Source of the DNA: Escherichia phage vB_EcoS_PHB17
Sequence record: NC_054892.1
DNA length: 48,939 nucleotides
Strand: one strand, 5' to 3'
This document shows positions 36,540-45,652 of the stretch, piece by piece; within the stretch, counting starts at the first letter, position 1; each line of letters begins with the position of its first letter. The notes beneath the pieces are model-generated. The model saw only the letters and a program-made list of their open reading frames with translations, did not search any database and had not been told where the DNA came from. Position numbers and translations under genes: made by a program.

Positions 36540-38540
36540 ATGGCAATACCAAACATTAAAAAACAATTATCAGCGTTAGGCGATGAGGTTATAAAGGCTA
36601 TTCAAGATCGCTTTACCGTTGGCGAAATTAGCCCTTACCCGTATCAGTGCGTTGCGTATTCCGAGATCGCAAAGCGCATGAAAAATTACGAGCATCCTTT
36701 CTTTGTCAAGGCGTCCGTATCTGCTGGTAAAACAATCATCTTTGCGATGGTTGCGGCGCAGTGTAAAAAAATGGGCTTGAAAATGATGGTTTTGGCTCGC
36801 CAGGCTGAAATTGTGGATCAGGATTCAGAGGAGATCACAAATTTTGGTGTTCCAAACTCCATCTATTGCGCCGGACTCAACACGAAAAGCGCGTATTTTC
36901 CAATTGTCGTGGGTTCGGAGGGAACCGTTGCAAACGGCTTGTTTAAAGCGTTAGGTGACTATGTTCCGCATGTAATCGGTATTGATGAATGTCACCAGGT
37001 GGATTGGGAAGATTTAGCCGATTCGATAGAGAACGAGGAAACTTTCGAGCAAATGACCACAAAGAAAGGCGTTCGCGTTCTGAATGGTGACGGCTCCCAG
37101 GTTTTCAACAAAGACGGCGAACCAATGGAGGGAACCGGACGCAGCCAATACACAATAATCATTCGTGAAATGCAGCGCCGTTGCAAAGAGGCTTACGGGC
37201 ATGAATTGCGCATATTCGGAATGACTGGATCGGAATTTCGCGGCGTCGTTCCAATCCTGGTTGAAGATAAAAAACAAAAAGGTTTCTGGCGTGAGCAGGT
37301 AACGAACATTGATACAAATTACCTGATCGAGTTCGGTTCGGTTGTTCCCACTAACTTTGGCAACGTTGATGGTTTGGGTTATGACCTTTCAGAGTTCACG
37401 GCGTCCAGTGAGGATGGCGTTGCAGACTTTGATCAGAAAACTTTGCGCAAGATGGAAGAGAAGATCCACAATGACGCAACAATGACGCAAAAAATAATGT
37501 CACGCGTGCATGAGATCTGCAAAGACCGCAACGGCGTTTTAGTAACTTGTGCAGGTGAGCGCCATTGCAAAGAAGCGGCGGCGGCTTTGCCACCTGGTAC
37601 ACCGTACCGCATCATCACTGGTAAGACTGGCGAGAAACAGCGTAAAGAGTGGTTGCGCGAGGCATACGATGGAAAAGTAAAATACATCTTCCAGGTTATG
37701 GCCTTAACAACTGGCGTTAACGTTCCGTTTTGGGATACGTCTGTAATCCTTCGCAAAATCGGATCGCTTACCTTGCTGATTCAGCTTTTAGGGCGCGGTA
37801 TGCGACTGTTGAAGAAATGGCACATTGAACAAGGTTTTGTTAAAAACGATCACCTTGTTTTAGATTTTGCTGGCTGCATGGATGAGTTAGGGCAACTTTA
37901 CTTCGATCCGATACTTGAGCAAGCGCAATTCCAGCGCCGCCACGACAACGGAAAAGATCCTAAATTCTGCCCGATTTGCGGAACGGAAAATTCATTCTAT
38001 GCACGCCGTTGCATAAGGGTTGATGAAAACGGAAATCGTTGTGAGCACTTTTGGAAATTCAGAGTTTGTGAGGATCAGATTGACCCAAGAACAAAGAAAG
38101 TGATTGTTAAAGGTTGCGGAACCAAAAACGACGTTGTAGCGCGAATTTGCCGCCATTGTGACGTATCACTAATTGATCCAAACGAGAAATTGAGCGGAAA
38201 GCACTACACAAAAAACGACTGGTGCAACGTGAAATCGTTCCGTGTTGATATGACGAAAAACCAGAAAGGGATCGTATTCTGCTATGAGCTTGAGGCGCAC
38301 GGAGAAACGTTCAAAGCATACGAGCGCTTTTTCCCTGAGTCTGACGCACAGATCTGTAAAACGCTTTGGCGTCAAACAGCGCTTAAACACATTCCAGATC
38401 GCAGAATCGCGGGGATGGTTGCCAGCTATCGCAATGCGCGTAAAATCATGAGCATGGCACATCACATTTTACCGCCTGTTAAGGTTACGCACCGCAAAAA
38501 CGCAAAAGGCGAGGATATAATTTATCATCGGGAGTTCTAA
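36540..38540 (+). CDS. SF2 ATP-dependent helicase (666 aa)
   Basis: Walker A SVSAGKT, DECH box, C-terminal Cys clusters. Confidence 0.8.
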   Translation: MAIPNIKKQLSALGDEVIKAIQDRFTVGEISPYPYQCVAYSEIAKRMKNYEHPFFVKASVSAGKTIIFAMVAAQCKKMGLKMMVLARQAEIVDQDSEEITNFGVPNSIYCAGLNTKSAYFPIVVGSEGTVANGLFKALGDYVPHVIGIDECHQVDWEDLADSIENEETFEQMTTKKGVRVLNGDGSQVFNKDGEPMEGTGRSQYTIIIREMQRRCKEAYGHELRIFGMTGSEFRGVVPILVEDKKQKGFWREQVTNIDTNYLIEFGSVVPTNFGNVDGLGYDLSEFTASSEDGVADFDQKTLRKMEEKIHNDATMTQKIMSRVHEICKDRNGVLVTCAGERHCKEAAAALPPGTPYRIITGKTGEKQRKEWLREAYDGKVKYIFQVMALTTGVNVPFWDTSVILRKIGSLTLLIQLLGRGMRLLKKWHIEQGFVKNDHLVLDFAGCMDELGQLYFDPILEQAQFQRRHDNGKDPKFCPICGTENSFYARRCIRVDENGNRCEHFWKFRVCEDQIDPRTKKVIVKGCGTKNDVVARICRHCDVSLIDPNEKLSGKHYTKNDWCNVKSFRVDMTKNQKGIVFCYELEAHGETFKAYERFFPESDAQICKTLWRQTALKHIPDRRIAGMVASYRNARKIMSMAHHILPPVKVTHRKNAKGEDIIYHREF

Positions 38541-38542
38541 TT

Positions 38543-38962
38543 ATGGTTACTGACAAGGGCGATTATCTGGAGTATTACGAGCGCGATCCGAGCGACACGC
38601 GAAAGGAAGATTCTCACCAGGTTGATTGTGTGGCGTGGTTGCGCCACTTTTATCCCTGGCTTTTATTCTGGCATACAGTAAACGAGGGGCAAAAGACGAT
38701 CACCAGCGCATTGAGGGATGAGCAAGCAGGATTGAGAAAGGGCGTTAGTGATTTCGTTATCCTGATTGGTATTAACAGCCGTTACCCATTCGCGGCTATT
38801 GAACTAAAGCGCGTAAACAAGTCTGGTAAAGGCAAGGCGTCACCAGTCAGCGACGAACAAAAGGGATTTTTACGCGATGTTCGCCAGCGTGGAGGATTCG
38901 CGGCGGTGGCTTACGGATTCGAGCAATTCAAATTAGCGATTGCAGATCTTTTGCATAAATAG
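38543..38962 (+). CDS. VRR-NUC domain nuclease (139 aa)
   Basis: DFVIL ... ELK PD-(D/E)xK-type motif; GGGAG RBS. Confidence 0.6.
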   Translation: MVTDKGDYLEYYERDPSDTRKEDSHQVDCVAWLRHFYPWLLFWHTVNEGQKTITSALRDEQAGLRKGVSDFVILIGINSRYPFAAIELKRVNKSGKGKASPVSDEQKGFLRDVRQRGGFAAVAYGFEQFKLAIADLLHK

Positions 38963-38978
38963 CACGAATTGCTAAAAC
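38959..38978 (+). promoter_or_regulatory. conserved motif copy ATAGCACGAATTGCTAAAAC
   Basis: Overlaps TAG stop of VRR-NUC gene; hairpin GGCGCA..TGCGCC then CATAAT. Confidence 0.5.
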
Positions 38979-39148
38979 AGGCGCAACGGAATGCGCCATA
39001 ATGCACACATCGAAACAAACAAGGAATTAATCATGAAATACATTTTTAATATGGCGGCAAGCGTTGTATTGGGAGCGGCGGTTACTGCTTTCTTTTTGTG
39101 GGTTATCTCCCTGGCTGGCAACTTTAACGGATTTTGAGGATCAGAAAA

Positions 39149-39895
39149 ATGGCTAAAGACGTTTTAGATAATTCAACTATTGACGGCGTGGCAGAAGTTG
39201 ACGAAATGGATTTTCACGAATTGCAATATGGTAAGTATTCAGATATTGCATTGCGTTCTGGCGGTCACTATCAACCAGTAAGAGAAAACACTTATTTCAA
39301 GGTTAGCGGCAACCGTTATGCTGGAAGTAATACGCCGGACGTTGTGCGGGATTTGTGGGCGACTCCTAGCGAGGTTGTGGAATACATGGAAAGCCGTTTC
39401 GGGAAATATGATCTTGATGCGGCGGCAAGCGACGAAAACAAAGTATGTGATAAATTCTACAGCAAGGAAACGAACTGTTTAAAACGCTGGTGGGGTAGCA
39501 AAAAGCACGTATGGTTAAACCCGCCTTACTCTAACCCCGATCCGTTTGTACTCAAAGCCATTGAGCAAATGGAGCATGACAACCAGATTGATATTTTATT
39601 ACCTGCTGATAACTCAACAGCATGGTTTAAAGACGCGCAAAAGAATGCGGCGGAAATCATCTGGATTACTGGCGACACATGGAAAGGCGAGGACGGGCGC
39701 GAATACAGCCGAACAGGACGATTAGCCTTTATTTCTGGCTTGACTGGCGAACCAGTGCAGGGAAACAATAAAGGTAGCGTGATTTTCGTCATGAGAACAC
39801 TTAAAGAAGGTGAGCAACAGAAAACTCATTATGTTGCCATTACTGAAATCTGTCCATCTGTTAAAAATCGCCGCGCAAAGGCAAGGAGTATTTAA
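39149..39895 (+). CDS. dam: DNA N6-adenine methyltransferase (phage Dam family, 248 aa)
   Basis: DLWATP, DLDAAA and NPPYS motifs; ATG 39149 after GAGGA. Confidence 0.8.
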   Translation: MAKDVLDNSTIDGVAEVDEMDFHELQYGKYSDIALRSGGHYQPVRENTYFKVSGNRYAGSNTPDVVRDLWATPSEVVEYMESRFGKYDLDAAASDENKVCDKFYSKETNCLKRWWGSKKHVWLNPPYSNPDPFVLKAIEQMEHDNQIDILLPADNSTAWFKDAQKNAAEIIWITGDTWKGEDGREYSRTGRLAFISGLTGEPVQGNNKGSVIFVMRTLKEGEQQKTHYVAITEICPSVKNRRAKARSI

Positions 39896-40125
39896 TGTTA
39901 TCAGAAAATAATCAATGGGATCTTTTTGTTGGCATGGTTTGCGGTCTGCTGGCAAAGCATGAATATAACGGAAATGTTTATGAAATGGCTACCAGCCTGG
40001 ATATGACTTTTGAGGAGGTCAAGCAAAAGCCGATTCATTTGTGGATTGAGCACCTTGAGGCCGAATTGATGGAATACAAAAACAGCCGCGAGGGGCGCTA
40101 TAACTTCAACTCAAATTTCCACTAA
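39895..40125 (+). CDS. hypothetical protein (76 aa)
   Basis: ORF overlapping Dam stop. Confidence 0.45.
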   Translation: MLSENNQWDLFVGMVCGLLAKHEYNGNVYEMATSLDMTFEEVKQKPIHLWIEHLEAELMEYKNSREGRYNFNSNFH

Positions 40126-40145
40126 ATAGCACTAATTGCTAAAAC
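40126..40145 (+). promoter_or_regulatory. conserved motif copy ATAGCACTAATTGCTAAAAC
   Basis: Directly after TAA stop; hairpin CCCGC..GCGGG. Confidence 0.5.
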
Positions 40146-40200
40146 CCGCTCCGGCGGGTTTGTTATTATGCACTCATCGAAACGAAACAAGGAAAACAGA

Positions 40201-40377
40201 ATGATTATTTACAGCAAATCAGCATTTGACGCCGCGCAATCAATCGCACGCGATGCGGTCGAGGGAAAATCTGAAAATGGTTTTGAATTTGATTGGTCTG
40301 CTGCAATGGTTATGCTTCGCGTTGCATACGGTCATTATCCTTTAGATTTCGCGGAGAAATATTATCGTGAAGGTTGA
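40201..40377 (+). CDS. hypothetical protein (58 aa)
   Basis: ATG 40201 with AAGGAA RBS after motif and hairpin. Confidence 0.4.
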   Translation: MIIYSKSAFDAAQSIARDAVEGKSENGFEFDWSAAMVMLRVAYGHYPLDFAEKYYREG

Positions 40378-40615
40378 AACAGGACGCCAGGCAGTTTGGC
40401 AACACGCAAAGGAATGCGGGTTAGATGAGAAAATAGCACTAATTGCTAAATACTTCGACATCAAGGATGTTAGTATTATTGGCAACGGCAAGATGTCATA
40501 TATTGACGAAAGGCCGCGAAAGGTTCACAGGGTTCCCGCCGTTCCATCAATCCAGTTTTTCAGGGATGAAAAGGCAAAGGCGGAGGCCGCAAAGAAAGCA
40601 CAAAAAAGAAGGTAG
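40367..40615 (+). CDS. hypothetical basic protein (82 aa, GTG start)
   Basis: ORF with alternative start; a motif copy is translated in frame as IALIAKY. Confidence 0.3.
   Translation: MKVETGRQAVWQHAKECGLDEKIALIAKYFDIKDVSIIGNGKMSYIDERPRKVHRVPAVPSIQFFRDEKAKAEAAKKAQKRR
40433..40452 (+). promoter_or_regulatory. conserved motif copy inside a predicted ORF
   Basis: ATAGCACTAATTGCTAAATAC lies within ORF 40367-40615. Confidence 0.4.
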
Positions 40616-40711
40616 GTTGATTGTATGCGTGGTTATTTTGCTGTATGCTTTGCGCCGATTGTCGGATGGCTGGCAATGTATTACCTGATTATGATGTAAG
40701 AGGATCTCAAA

Positions 40712-41830
40712 ATGGCTTTACAAAAAATTACCGATGAGCAGTTTATTGAAGCACGCAAAGAAGGAAAAACCTACAAGCAGATCGCGGAGGAGTTCGGATT
40801 GAATGTTCGCAGCGTTGAGCGCCGCGCGGCTCGCCTGGCTCGCTCCGGTGAAACTGAAATTAAAGGCGTTCCAGGTTATGCGGTTGTGCGCGAATCTGTA
40901 CTAACCCGCGCCAATGGTGAGGAAGTCATGCGTTGGACTATCACCAACAAAGATAAGGAACAATTAGAGGCGCTGATGCAAGCCGCTATGGAGGCTTTCG
41001 CGGAGGAAGTGCCACGACTGGAAGCGCAACCGGAAACGCGTGTTGATTACTCTGAAAGCCTGGCGCTATATCCAATCTTTGATATGCACTTAGGGGCAAT
41101 GGCGCACAAGCATGAATGCGGCGAAAATTGGGATACAGCAACAGCGGAACGAGTGATGAATAATTTCTTTGATTACTCAATCGCCCATGCGCCAAATAGT
41201 GAAAAAGCGGTGCTCCTGATTGGTGGCGATATGCTCCACAGTGACGGCCTGGAAGCGGTGACACCTGCAAGCGGTCACGTTCTGGATCAGGATAGCCGGT
41301 ACGCAAAACTTGTTTATGTTGCAATCCGAGCGACGCGCCGCGCAATCAGTATTATGCTTACAAAGCATAAAGATGTTGAAGTGCAGATCATTGAAGGTAA
41401 TCACGACCAATCAGGAATGATCTGGCTTCGTGCAGCAATGGCGGCTGCATATGAAAACGAGCCTCGCGTAAATGTTGATGTTTCGCCGCGCGTAGTGCAT
41501 CACACGCAATATGGTAAAACCTTCCTCGCATATCATCACGGGCACACAGTGCGCAAGCCGGAAACGCTGTTAATGATGTGTGCGGCAGACTGGCGGGAGG
41601 ATTTCGGAAAATCTAAAATGATGTATGCGCATGTAGGGCATTATCATCACCAGACTGTAACCGAAACCAGTTTAGGTATCGTTGAGGTGCATAGCACTAT
41701 GGCAGCAAAAGACGCTTACGCGGCGCGTGGTGGCTGGCGTTCTCGCCGTCGAGCGGCGGTTATTATTTACGACAAAGAGCATGGCGAAATTGGGCGCTTT
41801 ATGCACTATCCTGAAATGATGGAGAAATAA
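40712..41830 (+). CDS. HTH domain fused to calcineurin-like metallophosphoesterase (372 aa)
   Basis: N-terminal HTH (KTYKQIAEEFGLNVRSVERR); phosphoesterase motifs DMHLG, GGDMLHSD, EGNHD, HHGH. Confidence 0.65.
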   Translation: MALQKITDEQFIEARKEGKTYKQIAEEFGLNVRSVERRAARLARSGETEIKGVPGYAVVRESVLTRANGEEVMRWTITNKDKEQLEALMQAAMEAFAEEVPRLEAQPETRVDYSESLALYPIFDMHLGAMAHKHECGENWDTATAERVMNNFFDYSIAHAPNSEKAVLLIGGDMLHSDGLEAVTPASGHVLDQDSRYAKLVYVAIRATRRAISIMLTKHKDVEVQIIEGNHDQSGMIWLRAAMAAAYENEPRVNVDVSPRVVHHTQYGKTFLAYHHGHTVRKPETLLMMCAADWREDFGKSKMMYAHVGHYHHQTVTETSLGIVEVHSTMAAKDAYAARGGWRSRRRAAVIIYDKEHGEIGRFMHYPEMMEK

Positions 41831-41832
41831 AT

Positions 41833-42003
41833 ATGAAAGTACGATGCACACGGAACACCTCAACCGCATTACCGTTTATTGTTGGCGCTGTTTATCGTGC
41901 TGTTAAACTTTACGGTGATTTGTACGAGATCCGAGATGGTCAAGGAAGCGCAATCCAGGCACCATTAAACGGGTATTACCTGACCTTTTCACCGATTGAA
42001 TAA
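41833..42003 (+). CDS. small hypothetical protein (56 aa)
   Basis: ATG 41833 after GGAGAAA; below track cutoff. Confidence 0.3.
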   Translation: MKVRCTRNTSTALPFIVGAVYRAVKLYGDLYEIRDGQGSAIQAPLNGYYLTFSPIE

Positions 42004-42026
42004 ATAGAAAAATCATCACCTTACAA

Positions 42027-42054
42027 GGGGCTGGCATTTGCTAGTCCCTTTTTT
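42027..42054 (+). terminator. rho-independent terminator-like hairpin
   Basis: GGGGCTGGC-ATTT-GCTAGTCCC (2 G-U pairs) plus T6, before lysis cassette. Confidence 0.6.
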
Positions 42055-42130
42055 GTTGTTCCGTTTTTGTTCGAGGCTGGTTAGTATATATTCACTTATC
42101 TATTGACTTTTTAACTTTGAGGATCTAATC

Positions 42131-42346
42131 ATGAAAGAATTTGTTAACGCTGCAACTATGGGAACTGGCGGTTCATCACTAACGGGCGCTGCAACTGGTC
42201 AAATCACAGTAGCGGTTATCAGCCTTGTTCTCATGGCGGCTTTTGGATTATGGGGCGCTTATCTTCGCTGGAAGGATAGCAAGGCATTTCAAGAGGCGTT
42301 AGATCGCGGAGACATTCAAAAGGCTATAGAGATTAGAGGTAAGTAA
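42131..42346 (+). CDS. holin (71 aa)
   Basis: Small protein with transmembrane segment and charged C-terminus, directly upstream of endolysin. Confidence 0.7.
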   Translation: MKEFVNAATMGTGGSSLTGAATGQITVAVISLVLMAAFGLWGAYLRWKDSKAFQEALDRGDIQKAIEIRGK

Positions 42347-42841
42347 ATGACGATAAAAACAAGGATAACGGCGGGGGCGTTTGGTGTAGCCCTCGCTTTG
42401 ACTTCCCCACTCCTGGAGGAGATAGAGGGGATCAAGTATAAGCCGTACAAAGACATTGCTGGAATCTGGACGGTTTGCGCTGGCATTACCGGAAAGGATG
42501 TTATTTTAGGCAAGACGTACACGCAGCGAGAATGCGATCAGCTACTGCAAAAGCACATCAAGATCGCAAAGGATGAGGTTGATAAACGCGTGAAGGTTGA
42601 CATTCCAGACACCATGCGAGCGGCTCTATACTCATTCACCTACAACGCCGGAACCGGAGCGTTTCGCAAGTCAACAATGCTTAAACTGATTAACCAGGGG
42701 CGGCTATATGAGGCGTGCGATCAGCTATGGAACTGGACATATTTCACCAACCCGAAAACAGGCCGCAAAGAGAAATCTAAAGGTTTGCAAAATCGGCGTG
42801 CGGTAGAATTCAAATATTGCGTTAAGGATCTGAAACGATGA
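42347..42841 (+). CDS. endolysin, lysozyme-type with SAR-like N-terminus (164 aa)
   Basis: [25 protein letters not shown] lysozyme core (Glu/Asp/Thr catalytic pattern) preceded by weakly hydrophobic N-terminal segment. Confidence 0.85.
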   Translation: MTIKTRITAGAFGVALALTSPLLEEIEGIKYKPYKDIAGIWTVCAGITGKDVILGKTYTQRECDQLLQKHIKIAKDEVDKRVKVDIPDTMRAALYSFTYNAGTGAFRKSTMLKLINQGRLYEACDQLWNWTYFTNPKTGRKEKSKGLQNRRAVEFKYCVKDLKR

Positions 42842-43224
42842 AACGATTAGCGGCAATCATGATGGTTATGGCTCTTTCCGGTTGTTCAGCGTCAAGCGCT
42901 CTGACTGGTTTGATTGGCAGTAAGCCGGAAGTAACAGCCCAAGCCGGAGCGGAAAACATAAAGCAAACCGTGGGCGTGACAGCAAAGCAGGACACCAGCA
43001 GCAAGCAGGAAACCAGCTTTGAAAAGTCTAACGTTGGAAAGGTTGACACCTCAAACAAAAAGAAGGTGAGCGCCTCCAGCATTCAAGCTGAAACAATCAC
43101 GGCGGAAAGGATAGAGATCAGGAATACAGATAGCGGGTTAGATTGGAAGGTTAGCGCGTTATTCTTTGCTGTAATTTCTATCGTGCTGTTTCTCATCGGA
43201 TACAAAAGCAAGAAAGGAGCCTAA
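42838..43224 (+). CDS. unimolecular spanin (128 aa)
   Basis: Lipobox ALSGC at N-terminus plus C-terminal transmembrane helix, the arrangement known from phage T1. Confidence 0.8.
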   Translation: MKRLAAIMMVMALSGCSASSALTGLIGSKPEVTAQAGAENIKQTVGVTAKQDTSSKQETSFEKSNVGKVDTSNKKKVSASSIQAETITAERIEIRNTDSGLDWKVSALFFAVISIVLFLIGYKSKKGA

Positions 43225-43238
43225 CGGCTCCTTTTTTA
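43213..43238. terminator. rho-independent terminator at end of lysis cassette
   Basis: AGGAGCC-TAAC-GGCTCCT plus T6; spanin stop codon sits in the loop. Confidence 0.7.
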
Positions 43239-43436
43239 TTCCTCCATCAATCTGACGTTAACCAAAACCACGCCGTCAACATCACATAGATTATGCTCTT
43301 TGTCTCCAAACGCTTTCATATCGGCACGCAGAACGGTTAACAGGGCATAAATCAAATCATCATGCGAGATTGAATTTACGGCGCAATGCTTCAATATCTT
43401 GTCGATTAGTTTTTGAGCAGAATAATTCTTCATCAC
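43236..43436 (-). CDS. hypothetical protein (66 aa)
   Basis: ORF overlapping 3' end of next ORF by 77 nt in another frame. Confidence 0.3.
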   Translation of the reverse strand: MMKNYSAQKLIDKILKHCAVNSISHDDLIYALLTVLRADMKAFGDKEHNLCDVDGVVLVNVRLMEE

Positions 43437-43752
43437 TTAGTTCATCCATATGAAACAGATCGTAAATGTATTTGTTTCTCTCACCTTCCAGGTTGTACAA
43501 CTCAAACCGGAAAGGGCGCTTGTGCGAGCCGTAGCACGTCACCACGCCTTTATCTAATCCAAGATAGCCCAACGTACACATTCGAGGAATAAACTCAAGA
43601 GAAACGCTTGAGGCGAATTTTCGAGGCGTCATATTGGCGGCTCTTGCGAGACGCTCACATTCCCTATGCTGAAACACAAACTTTGCTAAATGCTGGCGGT
43701 TAAACCAGCTATAACTTTCACAAAATTTATACAGATCTAAGAGGAACATCAT
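43360..43752 (-). CDS. hypothetical protein (130 aa)
   Basis: ORF whose ATG directly follows stop of upstream gene. Confidence 0.45.
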   Translation of the reverse strand: MMFLLDLYKFCESYSWFNRQHLAKFVFQHRECERLARAANMTPRKFASSVSLEFIPRMCTLGYLGLDKGVVTCYGSHKRPFRFELYNLEGERNKYIYDLFHMDELSDEELFCSKTNRQDIEALRRKFNLA

Positions 43753-43756
43753 TCAA

Positions 43757-45337
43757 TCACCCCAGCAATGATGGATTCACAAACACGCGCCCATTGATAA
43801 CGCAAACATAATTTCGTTCTTCCAGCATTGGGAGTAAGTTTTCCTCAATGCGTTTCATGATTCCGGCTTGCCCCAGGAACGGCTTAACCTTGCGTGCGCT
43901 TTCGTAAATTGCGCGAACCGTTAAGATCCCTTTGTTTGCTTTACCGTGGCGAGTGATGATATCAATCAGCTTTGACATTTCCGCATCGTCACCAGCGTGA
44001 CCGGAGGCATTCGCCGCGCTAATGTAAGTTTTGCTCAATTCCTGGAACATGATCAAAGCCTCTTGCATCGTTTCAACTTCAATTTCACGCGCCTTTTGTG
44101 GTGAACCGTTCTCATTGAACCAGTTACGGATTACATGCAGAACGGATGCAATGCGGATCACTTGCTTATCCATTTTACCCAGCGCACCGCGTAGCATCGT
44201 GTGTGAGTATTTTCCGCCGTCTGCTAAATCCGGCTCCATTTCCTGACGTGCGCGATTTAGGCAACGCATAGCCGCTTTGCTGATCTTCAATGAAACATCC
44301 ATTTCCGACATGATGTTATGAACAAGTTGGTAATATTGCGCTTTCAGTGTCGGATCAACAGGTTCAAACGTTGAATCACCTTCATCATCAATAAAGGTTC
44401 GACGGCCTAAAAATGATTCCTCGCGAACAAGTAAGAAACGCTCACTAACACCTATACCGCGTGAACCAGCCTCCATGATACCATTTATTGTTTCATCCTG
44501 AGCGATCACACTCATGCAACCAAGCGCCTTAAAACTCATGTTGTTTTCAGCGTTTGCACGCGCGATAGAAACGTGTCCAGCATCCCAGGCTTTAAGAACC
44601 AACTCACTGTTAGTTTTTCGCTCGCTGTTGGCGTAGGTCAAACCCAAAAGGCTGTTAATACTCGTTGCCTCATCCGAGATTACCGCAAAGTTTCCTTGAC
44701 GGTTGTTAATCTTTGCCAAACCTTCTGGCGTGGTATCAGACACCGGAAACACAACGTCGCACAGCTTTTGCAACTTCTCCTCTAACTCCTCTTTTTCTTC
44801 GTAAAGAGCGGCCATATCAGAACCGGATCGCTCGCTTTTCATTTCTTTAGCAAGGCCAGCCAGTTTAGCCAGAATCTTTTTGCGCTCTTTCTTGCGTTGT
44901 TCGTTGATTCGCTCAACTTCGCAAACCATCGGAGCAATCGCCAGACTATTGATCGCAGATTTACCAGTTGACGGCGGCTGGCTCGTTACAACGTAAAGCG
45001 CGGTTGGCTGGTCGGTTCCATGATAATCAACAGTAAAGCGTCCGAGCATTGCAGCAGAAATGCAGCCTACAAAGTGCATATAGGCAGACGAAACAGGGAA
45101 TTGCACAGAGTTTGCAATGTTGCGTGACAGCTTGCCAACAACATCAACGTCATTCCCCAAAGAGATCACAGGGTAGCGGTCATTGCCTGAGTTAACATCT
45201 TGAACATCGCTCCAGAAACTTGATGATTGGCGGTAGCCGTTTGCGTTGATTGCCACACGCAGAGGTGAAACGCCCAGGCTTTCAGCGGTATCAATAATGT
45301 CTTTCGGTGATAAGCGTTTTTGTTCAAAATCGTACAT
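43757..45337 (-). CDS. P-loop NTPase of unknown function (527 aa)
   Basis: Walker A QPPSTGKS and Walker B AVISDEAT; start MYDFEQ with AAAGGAG RBS. Confidence 0.6.
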   Translation of the reverse strand: MYDFEQKRLSPKDIIDTAESLGVSPLRVAINANGYRQSSSFWSDVQDVNSGNDRYPVISLGNDVDVVGKLSRNIANSVQFPVSSAYMHFVGCISAAMLGRFTVDYHGTDQPTALYVVTSQPPSTGKSAINSLAIAPMVCEVERINEQRKKERKKILAKLAGLAKEMKSERSGSDMAALYEEKEELEEKLQKLCDVVFPVSDTTPEGLAKINNRQGNFAVISDEATSINSLLGLTYANSERKTNSELVLKAWDAGHVSIARANAENNMSFKALGCMSVIAQDETINGIMEAGSRGIGVSERFLLVREESFLGRRTFIDDEGDSTFEPVDPTLKAQYYQLVHNIMSEMDVSLKISKAAMRCLNRARQEMEPDLADGGKYSHTMLRGALGKMDKQVIRIASVLHVIRNWFNENGSPQKAREIEVETMQEALIMFQELSKTYISAANASGHAGDDAEMSKLIDIITRHGKANKGILTVRAIYESARKVKPFLGQAGIMKRIEENLLPMLEERNYVCVINGRVFVNPSLLG

Positions 45338-45391
45338 CTGAAATTCTCCTTTCTTGTTGCCGCTAAGTATAACGGCAACAATACTACCCTG

Positions 45392-45410
45392 TTTTAACAA
45401 AAAGTGCTAT
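45392..45410 (-). promoter_or_regulatory. conserved motif copy, minus strand
   Basis: Overlaps TAG stop of 45407-45652; hairpin GTTGCCG..CGGCAAC with TATACT, then AAAGGAG and ATG 45337. Confidence 0.5.
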
Positions 45411-45652
45411 TTGATGATCTCAACTTTGGCTAATAACTTGCTTCCGTCATGGCTCCAGCACTCCAGCTTTTCGCGGTCAAATGTCATTGATCGGTGGAAG
45501 CTATGACCAATCAGCAGATGATCCGGCTTTTCCCTGATTCGATAAACAGTATCACCAACAAGCAGGGATGAGATCACACTATAGGTCACTTTATAAGCAT
45601 GTTTGCGCATCACTTCTGGAATGTGGCGCTTGTAATCTACACCCTTAATCAT
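45407..45652 (-). CDS. hypothetical protein (81 aa)
   Basis: ORF; stop TAG lies inside motif copy. Confidence 0.45.
   Translation of the reverse strand: MIKGVDYKRHIPEVMRKHAYKVTYSVISSLLVGDTVYRIREKPDHLLIGHSFHRSMTFDREKLECWSHDGSKLLAKVEIIK

Noticed and set aside
42103-42131. TTGACT-N17-TAATCA as promoter for the lysis cassette
   Set aside because: The putative -10 overlaps the holin start codon, leaving no leader for the RBS; probably a chance match.
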